This document shows positions 62,081 to 64,000 of a stretch of DNA of 64,000 nt, in pieces (the first letter of the stretch is position 1; every line of letters begins with the position of its first letter). The notes below the pieces were generated by a model that searched no databases, was not told the origin of the DNA, and saw only the letters and a list, made by a program, of their open reading frames with translations. Location: NCBI RefSeq assembly GCF_006345805.1, contig NC_042997.1, positions 198,772,001 to 198,836,000 on the forward strand, read 5' to 3'. The position numbers were made by a program, and so were the translations under genes. This stretch comes from Octopus sinensis (taxonomy: Eukaryota).

Positions 62081-63101
62081 GAATATAGAATTATGAAAAC
62101 AAATTTTACACCCTGCTATATAAAACGCTGTAAAACTTTTATCACCGCGCATGCCAAACTGAATAAAATAACAGAAACCCTGTGTTGTATGGTAGACACA
62201 AATGAATCAATGTTCTGATTATTTTCCAATTACCCAGCAAGAGATCTCTTTCAACAGGCACGCGTAGCATTCAGTGTTGGCTCATACAATCGGAAATCCT
62301 TCAGTTCTCTTAACAACGAGGACAAAGTTATCCAATTATCTTTATCTTCTCTTTCAATTTTGTTTAGTATTGCCCTTTTGGTGGGAACATTTTAAAAGAA
62401 TACCTTTCGTTATTTTTGTCATTAATATCATTAAATTTTACATGGAAACTAAACGCCACTCTTGGCGTTAGGATTGATGTTACAACTTTAATTCTGAAAT
62501 AATCCTTTCCAGATTGCGTAACCAAAAGATAAAATAAATGTATCTGTTTATCAAATGAAATTTAATTACAAAATTATAGCAGTACATAAAAATCATGGAA
62601 TAGAAAAGGATTAAAGAATCGCTTGTAAAATTACATCCATGAATCAGAAATGAACTGTTAACTTTACTATTGTTTATTCAAGGAAAATGAAAACCTTTGT
62701 ATTTTTTGAATAGTTGAAATATATATGTATTAGCCGTGAAAATCCTAACTTTCATGATAAACTACATTTCACCCAAAGGTTTAGAAGAAATTCCAATAAA
62801 TTGGTTATGAGAAAAACTATTCCTAAAATACATTAAATATATATTTATATTTCAACATCTTTTCGCGTTTGTGCGAGAGATGAGTAGAAATATATCTATG
62901 TGTGGGTAGGTGAGTATGTATGGATAGGTGTGTGCGTGAATAGATGCATGTGTAGCCATGTGTGTATAGACAGGGGTGTGTGTAGCTGTATACCTATGTA
63001 CAGATAGGTGGACATATGTGTGTACGTACGAATGTAAAACTAGGCGTATGTATTTTCATACATGAGTATTTATGTCTGTATATGTACCAGTATACATACA
63101 T

Positions 63102-63159
<58 letters not shown>

Positions 63160-63512
63160 TATACATGTAAGAATGCGTATGTGAATATATATATATATAT
63201 ATATAATATCAAGAGAGATAAGCGATCTATTACGTGTAACTTTGCGTGGTTTAGTAATATACTCCATACTTTCTCAACTCAAATTGTATTAGATGACTAT
63301 ATAGTCGCGAGCAGGCAAAAAGAAAAACGAATATTCTTTCATATATATTATCACGCTACTTTCCCACTTCGATCGTGTGAATAACCGAGAACGGGAAACT
63401 CTGAATAACGATTCAAAAACCTTCACCTTTTAATATAACATACACGCTCTGCTGTATGCATTACGCACTTTTTCTTAGTTCGTAAACACGTAAACACCAG
63501 TGTTCGACAATT

Positions 63513-63568
<56 letters not shown>

Positions 63569-64000
63569 TGTGCTATTTGTTTAACGACTATATATTCCTT
63601 GGCCTTCGACTATTGTTCATTCAGTCCCTTTTAATCACATCTTCCTGTTATACAACTAATCGCAAAGCGCTATTCATCAGGTGGCTGCTATTATTCTACG
63701 CGGTTTAAGGACAAAAAAATCGATTTAATAAGATTGTTTCTCCTAAAACGGACGTAATATATGTTACTTTTCTTCATTATATTCGTTATTGATTTAGCTT
63801 TAGATATGTTATAATTGTTTTGTCGCAGCTATACTTTGCAAAGATTACGTCTCCTTTGCAAGGCCAGTAATACATGAGATGTAAACAGTTGCTTATCTTC
63901 ACAGCTTTGCATTTCAGTTGAGTTATGTTCCCATAGCCCGAGCGTTAATTGCTACCTCATGTTGCTTCTTCATAATTCTGACCATCTAGAATGTTCCGTC

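Overview
This is AT-rich, microsatellite-dense eukaryotic DNA. The SINE families, (TA)n load and transposon remnants suggest an octopod cephalopod genome, which is my inference. No complete protein-coding gene can be supported: most tracked ORFs are microsatellite or SINE artefacts, and the rest are decayed transposon fragments. These include a Penelope GIY-YIG endonuclease, R4/Dong, RTE and CR1/L2-type LINEs, Tc1/mariner and a Chapaev3-like transposase. A few short ATG-to-donor segments on the minus strand could be alternative first exons of a large gene running off the left edge (low confidence). The most notable signals are: (1) five minus-strand hammerhead ribozyme motifs in three architectures, mostly in TA-microsatellite-associated Penelope-like fragments, namely one fully canonical, one with a ~120-nt extended stem II, and minimal ones with an A6U core change in two copies; (2) many fold-back structures, including a ~480-bp inverted duplication flanking a promoter-like spacer with a Helitron in one arm only, a ~590-bp SINE palindrome, and a mariner built from two left ends; (3) SINE concatemers with a fixed junction, enclosed by single TSDs. 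All structures were folded or aligned by eye, and repeat boundaries are approximate.
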